From a virus, in the IMG/VR virus record IMGVR_UViG_3300047388_000163, positions 3,132-67,131 of that record: 64,000 nt of DNA. One strand, written 5' to 3'. The first letter of the stretch is position 1, and every line of letters begins with the position of its first letter. The translations under genes were made by a program, and so were the position numbers. The notes beneath the pieces are model-generated. The model ran no database searches and had not been told where the DNA came from. It saw only the letters and a program-made list of their open reading frames with translations. Of this stretch, positions 9,848-19,125 are shown one piece after another.

Positions 9848-10195
9848 ATGTCAAACCACGATACGATCGGTAACATAAAGTCTGAATTCTCTTCTATGGA
9901 TGAGAAAGTTCATAAGATTCTACGCGAGGTATTGTGGGTTATCTATCCACGTCCTGAAACAACCGGTGAAGGCTCAGAGGACTTTAAGAATTGCTCGGCT
10001 AATGATAAGTTGTCGGACGAATGTGCAGCAATGTTGGTAGATTCCCTTAAGATTAAAGGGATTGACTTTATTGAGCGGCTAGAACCGTACAAAAGCAAAA
10101 ATGCTGATGTTCCGCTTGATCAGTTCTTAGCCGAAACTGAACAAAAGATTTTAGAGGCTCGTGCCAAAATGGGGATTGGCAATAATGACGCCTAA
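9848..10195 (+). CDS. hypothetical protein
   Basis: AT-richer ORF; GAGGAG upstream. Confidence 0.55.
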   Translation: MSNHDTIGNIKSEFSSMDEKVHKILREVLWVIYPRPETTGEGSEDFKNCSANDKLSDECAAMLVDSLKIKGIDFIERLEPYKSKNADVPLDQFLAETEQKILEARAKMGIGNNDA

Positions 10196-10937
10196 CATCC
10201 TCGTGTGCATTCCGGCCTATGGCAACGTTGTCTCCGTTCCGACGCTCAACACCACCCATGCGTTAATCCAGATGTTTTCATCTCGAAACATCCGAGGCGG
10301 CATCGCGGCATTCAGCTATCCTGATGTGAGCGAGGCACGCAATATCATGCTGACAGGCTGGTATGACGGGTGTCCCGACGCTACGCACATGCTGTTCATT
10401 GATTCCGACATGAGCTTTGGGCCTCAGGTCGTGCTTGACATGATCTTGCTCAATGAGCCGATGGTTGGCGCGATATACCCCAAGAAGACGCTGCCGATTC
10501 AGTGGGCGGCATCTGGACTTGCGGAAAAGGACGTGAAGCGCAACGGCAACTTCATGACGGTTGCCGGGCTCGGTATGGGGTGTTTCCTGATCCGCCGTGA
10601 TGCGGTTGATATCATGCTTAAGCAGATGCCCGAGTTGATCGATACTAGGATGACGTATCACGCGGCAAAGGACATGCTCGGCGGTCGAATTTTGCGGCTA
10701 TTCGATACGTTCGACAACCCGGACGACAATCAAGCTGGCAAGTTGTCCGAGGATCTGGCCTTTTGCCAACGCTGGCGGACTTGCGGCGGCGATATCTGGG
10801 CCTCGCTGGAGCATGATATCGAGCATGTCGGGCAGTATTCGTATAAGGGCAATTACATTCAGTTCATCTCTGAGAGAGAGCAGAACGCATCGCCTCTGAC
10901 GCTGGTTGATGCCGTTAAGCAGATGGCAGCAGAATAG
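10185..10937 (+). CDS. glycosyltransferase (GT-A fold)
   Basis: CIPAYG, ARN, THMLFIDSDMSF (DxD), GMGCFLIRR, LSEDLAFCQRW, HVG. Confidence 0.8.
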   Translation: MTPNILVCIPAYGNVVSVPTLNTTHALIQMFSSRNIRGGIAAFSYPDVSEARNIMLTGWYDGCPDATHMLFIDSDMSFGPQVVLDMILLNEPMVGAIYPKKTLPIQWAASGLAEKDVKRNGNFMTVAGLGMGCFLIRRDAVDIMLKQMPELIDTRMTYHAAKDMLGGRILRLFDTFDNPDDNQAGKLSEDLAFCQRWRTCGGDIWASLEHDIEHVGQYSYKGNYIQFISEREQNASPLTLVDAVKQMAAE

Positions 10938-10941
10938 GAGA

Positions 10942-11304
10942 ATGAATATGAATGCGATGGCGCCTTGTCCCAAGGATTCGGCTCTAATGATCACTTGGGA
11001 GACCTACAAGAGGTCCGAGGAATACAAGAACAGTTTTAGCTGGGCTACGCGATACATCCCAGATGATGACGAGCGCGAGATGGAGCGCATTCGGGCCAGT
11101 GGAGCTAATCCGTGGACTAAGGAAATGAAGATAAGCGCCGTGGAGGGATCACTTTGGGCGGCATTCGTACATGGATGGTTGGAGGCTGGGGGGACCGATC
11201 CTCATAAGCCGAGGCCAACTGTGGCTGAACTAAAAAAACTATTGGACAGCGAGGATGATACGCCGATTGAGATCATGCCCAACGGCAGCATTCGGCGGCT
11301 TTAG
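10942..11304 (+). CDS. hypothetical protein
   Basis: AGGAG RBS. Confidence 0.6.
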   Translation: MNMNAMAPCPKDSALMITWETYKRSEEYKNSFSWATRYIPDDDEREMERIRASGANPWTKEMKISAVEGSLWAAFVHGWLEAGGTDPHKPRPTVAELKKLLDSEDDTPIEIMPNGSIRRL

Positions 11305-11306
11305 GA

Positions 11307-12161
11307 ATGAGCCTCAGCATCCTCCTGACAGCCCGCAGCCGCCCCGAACTCCTGAAATGGACGGTTGAGACAACTGTGCCGAATATCCAAGAGCCGGATA
11401 CGAGGCTTGTGATTGCGTTGGATCATGATGACACTCGTGAGACCATTTCAACGGCATGGGATCTTGGAAAATATTCAGGTGTTGATGTTTCGGTATTGGG
11501 GCGAGAAGATTCGCTCGGCGCCAAGGTCAACCGAATTCTCACGATCGCGCCAGCCGATGTCTACTTGCACATGGTGGACTACAGGCCACACCTGACACCT
11601 GGTTTTGATACCAAGATTTTGGAGGCTGCCAGCCTATTCCCCGATGGGATCGGCGTGGTCTACAACCACATGGCCAACCTGTCGTTTCCCGAGATTAACG
11701 CGGTAACGGCTGGGCTCGTCAAGCACATGGGGTATTTCTACCCGCCGTATTTTCCGTATTGGTTTGTGGATCATTGGCTTGACGACATCGCTCGGCTGAT
11801 CGGGCGTATTGCCGTTGCCGATGTTAAAACTGATGGCAGCCGCCGGCCTGGCACGATGGACCGCCGAGACGTGGCATGGTGGGCTACATTTTACGATGCC
11901 GCGGTTATCCATCGCCGGAAGATGGCCCATGCGATCATCAATTCCGATGAATTTCAGGAACCGGAATGGCGTAAAAAGTTGCTCCTCAGCCATCATCCGT
12001 TGATCGAAGAGCGGTCAAAGATGATCAATGACAGCGCCCGGACGACGCGCTGGCAGATGCATCCAGAGCCTGTGGACGATCGCTATCGGAGAGCCAAAGC
12101 CGCCGCACAGGCTGCGCTACGCGAATGGATACCCGAACTTGAAAAGGAACTGGCTGCATGA
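11307..12161 (+). CDS. glycosyltransferase family 2-like protein
   Basis: SILLTARSRPELL, IALDHDD, KVNRI, GYFYPPYFPYWFVDHW. Confidence 0.7.
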   Translation: MSLSILLTARSRPELLKWTVETTVPNIQEPDTRLVIALDHDDTRETISTAWDLGKYSGVDVSVLGREDSLGAKVNRILTIAPADVYLHMVDYRPHLTPGFDTKILEAASLFPDGIGVVYNHMANLSFPEINAVTAGLVKHMGYFYPPYFPYWFVDHWLDDIARLIGRIAVADVKTDGSRRPGTMDRRDVAWWATFYDAAVIHRRKMAHAIINSDEFQEPEWRKKLLLSHHPLIEERSKMINDSARTTRWQMHPEPVDDRYRRAKAAAQAALREWIPELEKELAA

Positions 12162-12445
12162 GTAAGCAAGATGAAGTAATCGAGGCATGCAAGAAGATCG
12201 CTGTTTTGCCAGATGGCTATACGATGAAGATCAACACCAAAACGCGCAACATATTGGTTTGTGGACCAAATCTAGGTTTTTGCATCAGCGAAAGGGCAAT
12301 GGATGAGGGGCATTATCTGGAATCCTTCAAGCCGTGCTTGGAATTTCTGATTGAGAAAGAAGCCGAATATTTGAAAGATCCAGACAATCCGTGTTGGCAC
12401 ATTAAAGTTAGCCATAAACTGGCAACCATTGAGCCGTCTCGGTGA
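12158..12445 (+). CDS. hypothetical protein
   Basis: ATGA-coupled ORF. Confidence 0.55.
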   Translation: MSKQDEVIEACKKIAVLPDGYTMKINTKTRNILVCGPNLGFCISERAMDEGHYLESFKPCLEFLIEKEAEYLKDPDNPCWHIKVSHKLATIEPSR

Positions 12446-12714
12446 CGGTTGAAAACTACACTGGAGCCTCGCTCGCCATCAATCAATATGCGTTGAAATA
12501 TGAAGATTTGCCTTTTAGGGATGGTCTAAAAGTTTATGAACATGGAAAGCTTTATCGATCTCGCTTAGATTCTCAGATGGTATATCTTTACAATCTTGAG
12601 GGAGACAAATTCGATATTTTCCATTGGCGATATGAGTGAAGGCTAAACTCCCGATCGGAACCAATCGCCTATAAGCATGTTCTATAATTCTCACCTTAAA
12701 CCGGAGCCGCCCAA

Positions 12715-13128
12715 ATGACCCTTGACCAGCTAATCGCGGAAGTCGCCAAAGCCCCAACTCAGATTGAGGCGTTTACTGTTCTGATGAAATGCCTTGAAAT
12801 CGAAATGAAGGACGCTTCGGCCGGTGACAGCGCACCGCCCTCGGTGCAGACGAAATACGATGCGGTATTTTCTTCGGCCACCGGAAAAGCCCATGAGATC
12901 CTTGCGGCGATCGAAACCGGCAAGCCAACTCTTGAGCCGGTACCGGTCAAGGAAGTCCCGGCATCTGACCCAAGAGGCCCGGTTACTCCCATCCCCCCGT
13001 CCGCTGTATTCGTGGACAAGCCCGCAACGGAGGTGCCGTCCACCACGGCAATCCCTGAGGACAAGGCACCCAACAACCCCAGCCCAAAGCTGTTCGATCC
13101 AAGTCCAAAACCCGAGCCGGTTGTTTGA
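12715..13128 (+). CDS. hypothetical protein, Pro-rich C-terminus
   Basis: GGAG RBS; followed by terminator. Confidence 0.65.
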   Translation: MTLDQLIAEVAKAPTQIEAFTVLMKCLEIEMKDASAGDSAPPSVQTKYDAVFSSATGKAHEILAAIETGKPTLEPVPVKEVPASDPRGPVTPIPPSAVFVDKPATEVPSTTAIPEDKAPNNPSPKLFDPSPKPEPVV

Positions 13129-13136
13129 ATTTCCCC

Positions 13137-13166
13137 AGCCCCCGCCAAATTGCGGGGGTTTTTCTT
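13137..13166 (+). terminator. Rho-independent terminator
   Basis: AGCCCCCGC-caaatt-GCGGGGGTT followed by TTTCTT. Confidence 0.75.
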
Positions 13167-13167
13167 A

Positions 13168-13197
13168 TTGACAGTAATTATATTTCCGGTGTATTGC
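13168..13197 (+). promoter_or_regulatory. putative sigma70-type promoter for capsid operon
   Basis: TTGACA-N18-TATTGC directly after terminator; about 170 nt leader to next gene. Confidence 0.45.
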
Positions 13198-13365
13198 GGA
13201 ACTAGCACCAAATCGGCCTCAGCATTTCGCCGATAATTCATCTGAAGTTGAGACGCGCAGGGCGCATTTCCTTCCGATCCGCTCCAGCAGAAGCGGCTTT
13301 TCCCCAAGGCACAATACCTGCAGGCATTGCAGTACAGCCTCCATTAACTAGGAGCGGTACCGGCT

Positions 13366-13953
13366 ATGGCGAATATTCAAGCCGCCTTCGGATTCAAACA
13401 TCTTGGATATCTCCCTGGGTACGCGCCCGACTACCAGCAGTTGACCCGGCAGATTCAATCCAGCAATGCCACCAAGATTTTCAACGGCGATCCAGTTGTT
13501 AAAAGCACTAACTGGATTATTCAGGCATCGAATAATACATCTCCTTTGGAGGGTATCTTCGTCGGTTGCAACTACGTTCCGACAGGTGGTCAGCTCACCC
13601 TTCAGCCGAGCCCGTTTTGGGTAGGAAGCGCAGCCTCAGACGCTACTGGCTATCTCATCAGTTCCCCTGGCGCCACTTTCCTTGCTGCAACACTCAACAC
13701 CGCAGCGGTTACGGCTGACATAGGAAAGACGGTAGGTTTCTCAATCGGTACCGGGTCTACCTCTGGAGGAGGTTTCTCTGGCGCTACAATCGATATGAGC
13801 ACAGCCACGACGACTTCTATCATTACATTGCCATTCCAAATCGTGTCTCTCTATCCAGGGGTTGGCAACGGCGCGGATGCTACGACGCCATACGATTGGG
13901 TTGTGGTCACGTTTAATAACCAAAGATACCGCTCTGGCGTGACTGGCGCTTAA
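13366..13953 (+). CDS. capsid decoration/stabilisation protein
   Basis: MANIQAAFGFK, IFNGDPV, GIFVGCNY; family found upstream of HTVC010P-type capsid genes. Confidence 0.65.
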   Translation: MANIQAAFGFKHLGYLPGYAPDYQQLTRQIQSSNATKIFNGDPVVKSTNWIIQASNNTSPLEGIFVGCNYVPTGGQLTLQPSPFWVGSAASDATGYLISSPGATFLAATLNTAAVTADIGKTVGFSIGTGSTSGGGFSGATIDMSTATTTSIITLPFQIVSLYPGVGNGADATTPYDWVVVTFNNQRYRSGVTGA

Positions 13954-14393
13954 TGACAACGATCATTGATCCAACTGGCACTCCAACGATCGTATACAAT
14001 CGATCGGGTACAACAATTGTTAGTTTGTTGGGAGGTCTTACCCCCAACAAAACTGGTGGTTTCTCGCCAATTGGTAATGAAGGCGTAGACATCCCGCGCC
14101 TGTCCGAAACTACGGTTCTTCTCGCCACAACTAACACGGTCTTCGATGGTCCCAATGTCAGTGGACGAAACGAAGTTTTTCGTCTGCCGTCTGGTGCCGA
14201 TGTCGGAGATATCGTTGAGATTTATTTGGTGAGTAACGATTCTGGTTCTGGGCCGATGATCTTTCCGCAGATTGGCGAACAGATACTTCCTAAGCCGGTC
14301 AGCGATGGGACCAATCCAGCAGCGGTCAGTAACGCAAGCTCCGAATGTCGTTTTCGTAAGATATCGTCAACCACTTGGGTCGTTATCTCATAA
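13953..14393 (+). CDS. hypothetical virion protein
   Basis: TAATG coupling; beta-rich. Confidence 0.6.
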   Translation: MTTIIDPTGTPTIVYNRSGTTIVSLLGGLTPNKTGGFSPIGNEGVDIPRLSETTVLLATTNTVFDGPNVSGRNEVFRLPSGADVGDIVEIYLVSNDSGSGPMIFPQIGEQILPKPVSDGTNPAAVSNASSECRFRKISSTTWVVIS

Positions 14394-14407
14394 GGAAAGA
14401 TTGAAGA

Positions 14408-15322
14408 ATGCCCATTGCCTTGGCCAACATTCGATCTGAGCTTCTGCCGGGCCTCTTTGACGTAAGAGGCTCCTATGACATGATTCCGAGACAATGGGAC
14501 AAAGTATTCAAAACCCATAAGTCCGCGATGGCGGTTGAGCGCTCAACGCAGATGGCGTTCGTTGCGCTGCCGTTCCTGAAAGACGAAGGTGCCGCAACTC
14601 AATTCGACAACAATGCCGGTGAGCGCTTTACATGGGCATTCGTGCATATCGAGGTCGCTCTCGGCTACGCGATCACGAGAAAAGCCATCGACGACAATCT
14701 GTACAAGGCGCAGTTCAATCCGACCAATCTCAAGCTTCAGGAAGCGTTTGCGCAGTTCAAGGAAATCCAGGCCGCGAACGTCCTGAACCTCGGCAACGTC
14801 TACAACACGTCGATCATCGGTGACGGCGTTGCTCTGTTCTCCACGGCGCATCCGTTCGACAACGGCACATGGGCCAATACTTCGTCCACGCCGAAGTCGC
14901 TGAACGAAGCCGCCCTCCTTGCCGACATGACCAACGTGCGAACCCAGTTCGTCAATGAACGCGGCCTGCGCATCATGGCCCGAGCTCGCCGACTGATCGT
15001 ACCGCCGAATCTTGAGCAAGTCGCAATTCGTCTGATGAAGACCGAGCTGCGCCCCGGCACCGCAGACAACGATGTCAACGCTATCCTTACGCTATCTGGC
15101 GGCCTCCCCGAGGGTCACCTCGTGATGGACTTCTTCACCAGTAACTTCGCTTGGTTCCTCACGACCAACATCGAGGGACTGATCCATATGCTTCGCATTC
15201 CGTATGAGTCGGACATGTGGATCGATAATATCACGGATAATTTACTTGTGAAAGCGTATGAAAGGTATAGCTTCGGCTATAACGATCCGCGTTGCGCCTG
15301 GGCAGAGTTCGCTACTTCCTGA
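14408..15322 (+). CDS. major capsid protein
   Basis: 304 aa; ELLPGL, ALGYAITRKAIDDNLY, GDGVALFSTAHP, LIVPPNLE, GTADNDVNA, ERYSFGYNDPR; strongly C-ending codons. Confidence 0.9.
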   Translation: MPIALANIRSELLPGLFDVRGSYDMIPRQWDKVFKTHKSAMAVERSTQMAFVALPFLKDEGAATQFDNNAGERFTWAFVHIEVALGYAITRKAIDDNLYKAQFNPTNLKLQEAFAQFKEIQAANVLNLGNVYNTSIIGDGVALFSTAHPFDNGTWANTSSTPKSLNEAALLADMTNVRTQFVNERGLRIMARARRLIVPPNLEQVAIRLMKTELRPGTADNDVNAILTLSGGLPEGHLVMDFFTSNFAWFLTTNIEGLIHMLRIPYESDMWIDNITDNLLVKAYERYSFGYNDPRCAWAEFATS

Positions 15323-15334
15323 TATTCTTTTGAT

Positions 15335-15386
15335 TTGACTTTCCCCGTTTTCCAAAGTATAAGTATATCATTGGAAAACGGGAGAA
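15335..15386 (+). promoter_or_regulatory. HNH promoter embedded in RBS-sequestering inverted repeat
   Basis: TTGACT(15335)-N17-TATAAG(15358); arms TTCCCCGTTTTCCAA (15341-15355) and TTGGAAAACGGGAGAA (15371-15386). Confidence 0.7.
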
Positions 15387-15392
15387 CGAGAG

Positions 15393-16535
15393 ATGAGCCG
15401 AGTGAACAAACTGACCCATGAACGCCTTGTTGAATTGCTGGACTTTGATCCAGCAACTGGCGTTTTCACGTGGCTAAAAACTACATCAAATCGAGTGAAG
15501 GTTGGGAGCCGTGCTGGCGTATTTCACAAGCCATCAGGCGGTCGGTATATCGCCATTGACGGCGAAAAATATATGGCGCACTTGCTGGCATGGTTTTACG
15601 TCCATAGCGTTTTTTCTTCGATGGATGTTCGACCGATTGACGGCAACTTCGATAATTGTGCCATCGTAAACCTGAAAGAGGTTCATCGCTCTGAGTTGCA
15701 ACATGCGCGCGGCATGAACCGTAACAATACCAGCGGGTTTCAGGGAGTTAGCGCGGCTCCGCATGACAAGTGGCAAGCCAAGATCACTTGGAAGACGAAG
15801 CAGGTTTCTCTTGGAATGAACTTCGCTAGGGCCGAAGATGCCGCAGATGTGGTCAAGGATGCATATTCTCGTCTGGGCACTGCTGGAAACGCTTCGGAAG
15901 AGGAATTAGTTTTCGAGGCGCTCAGACTTGAAAAACGCCAGCGCGCAGCTTGGGCTCATCTTCTTCGCAACGATGATCCATTCGTTTGGAAAACTTTTGA
16001 AGATTTTTGTCGCGATGTGACCGATGTTCTTGATCATCGCTACTCCATGGCTCCTATTGACGCCGCTAAGCCTATGTCCAAAGACAATTACAAATGGGCG
16101 TCTGAAGGACATGCCAAAACTGGAACGCCTGAAGGGTTTCTTCAATATCGGAGAGAAAATCAAAAGGCCAATTCGGATCACATGCGAAGCCGACGTTTCA
16201 AGAAGGAGTACGGCATCGATTTTGCGGAATACCAGAGAATGCTTCTTGAACAAAAAGGCGTTTGCGCGATATGCGATAGGCCTGAGACCAAGATTGAAAA
16301 CGGTTCTATTCGCATGCTCTCTGTGGACCATAATCATACGACTGGTGCAGTGCGTGGTCTGCTGTGCGGTAACTGCAATATGGCCATCGGCTATGCATGC
16401 GATGATGTGACAGTGCTTCAGAAGGCCATTGGATATTTGCGCAAGCATGCTGGCGTTGATACGGTGCTTCAGTTCGAACCAACTCGCCCCGATCGTGACT
16501 GGCTTCATGTCGCTACTCTTGGATTTGGAACCTAG
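15393..16535 (+). CDS. homing endonuclease: HNH-AP2 region plus endonuclease VII domain
   Basis: LTHERLVELLDFDPATG, AHLLAWFY, NNTSGFQGV; C-terminal YGI...QKGVCAIC...LSVDHNHTTGAVRGLLCGNCN. Confidence 0.85.
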   Translation: MSRVNKLTHERLVELLDFDPATGVFTWLKTTSNRVKVGSRAGVFHKPSGGRYIAIDGEKYMAHLLAWFYVHSVFSSMDVRPIDGNFDNCAIVNLKEVHRSELQHARGMNRNNTSGFQGVSAAPHDKWQAKITWKTKQVSLGMNFARAEDAADVVKDAYSRLGTAGNASEEELVFEALRLEKRQRAAWAHLLRNDDPFVWKTFEDFCRDVTDVLDHRYSMAPIDAAKPMSKDNYKWASEGHAKTGTPEGFLQYRRENQKANSDHMRSRRFKKEYGIDFAEYQRMLLEQKGVCAICDRPETKIENGSIRMLSVDHNHTTGAVRGLLCGNCNMAIGYACDDVTVLQKAIGYLRKHAGVDTVLQFEPTRPDRDWLHVATLGFGT

Positions 16536-16538
16536 CAT

Positions 16539-17804
16539 ATGACCGATACCAATTTCCGAGGCCCGGCCAACTCCATTGGCGCGATGCTTGACGGCACGGT
16601 GGCACCGACTGATGGGCCGAACTATGCGTATCAGGGGACGGTGTTTCCTGATCTTCGTGGCGGATTTTTCCAGAAGGATGGGACTGGCGCGGCGCGCATT
16701 CCTGGGTTCATTGATAACCCTACGATTGTGACTGTGGATAATATTCCGTCCGCTTCGACCACAGCCAACGTTGCCGCGCTTCAGACGGGTATTGTATCCG
16801 GTACGGTAATGACGTTGGTCACGGTCGCGCCTGGCAATACGACGGCTGGCGTGCCTTCATTGGCGACTGGCGTTCCCTTCATTCCGTTCGGTGGCACTGC
16901 CGTTCAGAACGTAACGGCGTTGGATTTCGGGTTCACGACGGGCACGACCACGGCCGCGAGCTCGGCTGTGGTTGTGGTGGATAACTCGCTGTTCACGGTT
17001 GGCCAATGGCTCTGCATCGGTGGTGCGGGTAACGCTGGCAAGACGCTGAGCCTGCTTACACAGGTTACTGTGGTCAGTGCGACAAATACGACTTCGATCA
17101 ACGTATTTCCGGTTCCGACTGGCTCGCTCTCGAATGCCCCGATCGGGAACGGGAATCAGTTCAACCAGTTCCTGCCGCCGGCAACGCAGTTTGGTCCGAG
17201 CGCGCCTGTGGCTACGGCTCAGTCCATTGCTTGGGCTTCTGGTTTATTCAAGCTGTTCAATCCGATTGCAGCGCTTGCGCGGAATTTGTCGATTACGACT
17301 GTCGCTGCGGCGGTGACTGGCACAATCACGGCTCGTGGATTTGATGTTCACTCTCAGGCGATGAGCGAAACATTCAATATCAATACGACGACAGCTGGGA
17401 CTTTCTACGGAAAGAAGGCGTTCAAATATGTCGCCTCCGTAACTCCGAACTATACTGACTCGACCGGGACCTATTCGGTTGGTGTTGGCGATACGTTCGG
17501 ATTCCCGATGAGGCAGGATAGGTATGAATTTTTGAACTATGCATGGAACGGCATCAACAATATCAATTCTACCGGATTCTTGGCTGCTGTTACGACCAAT
17601 CCGGCCACGGCAACGACAGGTGATGTTCGCGGCACGATCCAACTTTCTTTGGCTGGTGCTGGCAGTACGGCTATTCCAAGTTCGCAGACCAGCAATGGCA
17701 TTGCACGCCTCATGATTATCCAGACAATTCCTCTATTCAACTGCATCGCAGGAACGCCGAACAACACCGCGCCATTTTTTGGGGTTACTCAGTTCACGAA
17801 CTAA
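16539..17804 (+). CDS. Thr/Ser/Gly-rich virion structural protein (putative capsid decoration or fibre)
   Basis: 421 aa beta-rich; GKKAFKYV, VGVGDTFGFP, ATATTGDVRGT. Confidence 0.6.
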   Translation: MTDTNFRGPANSIGAMLDGTVAPTDGPNYAYQGTVFPDLRGGFFQKDGTGAARIPGFIDNPTIVTVDNIPSASTTANVAALQTGIVSGTVMTLVTVAPGNTTAGVPSLATGVPFIPFGGTAVQNVTALDFGFTTGTTTAASSAVVVVDNSLFTVGQWLCIGGAGNAGKTLSLLTQVTVVSATNTTSINVFPVPTGSLSNAPIGNGNQFNQFLPPATQFGPSAPVATAQSIAWASGLFKLFNPIAALARNLSITTVAAAVTGTITARGFDVHSQAMSETFNINTTTAGTFYGKKAFKYVASVTPNYTDSTGTYSVGVGDTFGFPMRQDRYEFLNYAWNGINNINSTGFLAAVTTNPATATTGDVRGTIQLSLAGAGSTAIPSSQTSNGIARLMIIQTIPLFNCIAGTPNNTAPFFGVTQFTN

Positions 17805-17857
17805 TCCTCGGTTAGCCGAGCCGAGCCCACGGATCCGGGCAGAGAAGGAAGAACGAT

Positions 17858-18238
17858 ATGAGCAGAGCTCGCCATAAAGAGCACCACAGGGCCTCCGGTG
17901 GTGGCATCGGCGGCCGCAAGGGCGAATGGGTCTCAGGTGACCCGGATGTCAAAAAGGAAGCCGAAGGCAAGGAGCCCTATGACGAGGGTGACGAGCGCAA
18001 ACGCGGCGGCAAGGTCAAGAAGAAAAAACATGAGATCCATGCAGAGGGCGAGAAGGCCCGTCATCGGATGGACCGACCGAAGCGGGCTCATGGTGGCCGT
18101 GTAGGCTCTGACAGCAATCCGTTCAGCTCAGCGAAGAATCCATCGAAGGCCGAAGAACCTGACGTGGAAGACCGTCGTGGTTACAAAACTAGTCGCATCA
18201 AGGATGAGCGCGACAACAGCAAGGGTAACCAGAATTGA
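17858..18238 (+). CDS. basic protein with three xxxGG motifs; shares a segment with 4325-5515
   Basis: RASGG, RKRGGKV, HAEGEKARHRMDRPKRAHGGRV. Confidence 0.7.
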   Translation: MSRARHKEHHRASGGGIGGRKGEWVSGDPDVKKEAEGKEPYDEGDERKRGGKVKKKKHEIHAEGEKARHRMDRPKRAHGGRVGSDSNPFSSAKNPSKAEEPDVEDRRGYKTSRIKDERDNSKGNQN

Positions 18239-18241
18239 GCC

Positions 18242-18439
18242 ATGGCTAAGCTCACCAGCAAAGAGCGAAACGCATTACCGGATAGTGAATTTTCGGGACC
18301 GCATCGCTCTTTTCCTATCGATACGCCAAACAGAGCTAGGAATGCGTTGGGTAGAGCAAGCCAGTTTCACCCGGAATTGAAGGCCCAGATCAGGGCCAAA
18401 GTACACCGCAAGTTCCCGGATATTAAGCTGGAAGACTAG
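18242..18439 (+). CDS. small conserved phage protein (DUF6582-like)
   Basis: KLTSKERNALPDSEF...RSFPID...ARNALGRASQ. Confidence 0.6.
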   Translation: MAKLTSKERNALPDSEFSGPHRSFPIDTPNRARNALGRASQFHPELKAQIRAKVHRKFPDIKLED

Positions 18440-18459
18440 CGGTCTGAACGAGGATCGCT

Positions 18460-19125
18460 ATGGGACTTCCGATCGTATTCACCCGCACGTTGGCCGCAGC
18501 GTCCGCAAATAATATTTCCGTATCTCAAAGCCCTGGTACGGCGGCCATAACGATCACCGGATCGGCGGCAACGGGTGGTGTTGCCACGTTGGACACTCAG
18601 CGCCGGGTGATCATCACTTCTGGCGGCAACGATAGCGGCATCAACTTCACGATAACCGGGACCAATCAGGCAGGATTTCCGATCTCGGATACCTTTGCTG
18701 GGGCGAACGTCGGGGCTGCGCAGTCCAATCTTGATTTTCTGACGGTCACGAAGATTGTTCAATCCGGGTCTGTCGCTTCGACAATTACGGTTGGAACGAA
18801 CGGCGTAGGCTCTTCGCTCTGGCAGATCATCAACTGGAATGCTGATCCATCAAGCATTGGGTTTGTGGTTGAGCTTCGATCCGGGGCGGCAAACTTTACG
18901 CTTCAATACACGTTTGATGACCCGAACATTCTGCCGATGACTGGGGGGCTTAATGCTGCTGGATTGGCGTTTCCCTTAGCGCTCAATCTGGCGACGGTGA
19001 CAAACTCAACGGCCACGGTTGATTCCGCGTTTTCGACGCCGATCTTGGCATTTCGTCTTCTGACCAATTCTGGGACTGGAACGTTGGTCTTCCGAGGCCT
19101 GCAAGCTGGGTTGGGTTCGCCATGA
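18460..19125 (+). CDS. virion structural protein
   Basis: QRRVIITSGGNDSGINFTITGT, FLTVTKI, FTLQYTFDDP. Confidence 0.65.
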   Translation: MGLPIVFTRTLAAASANNISVSQSPGTAAITITGSAATGGVATLDTQRRVIITSGGNDSGINFTITGTNQAGFPISDTFAGANVGAAQSNLDFLTVTKIVQSGSVASTITVGTNGVGSSLWQIINWNADPSSIGFVVELRSGAANFTLQYTFDDPNILPMTGGLNAAGLAFPLALNLATVTNSTATVDSAFSTPILAFRLLTNSGTGTLVFRGLQAGLGSP

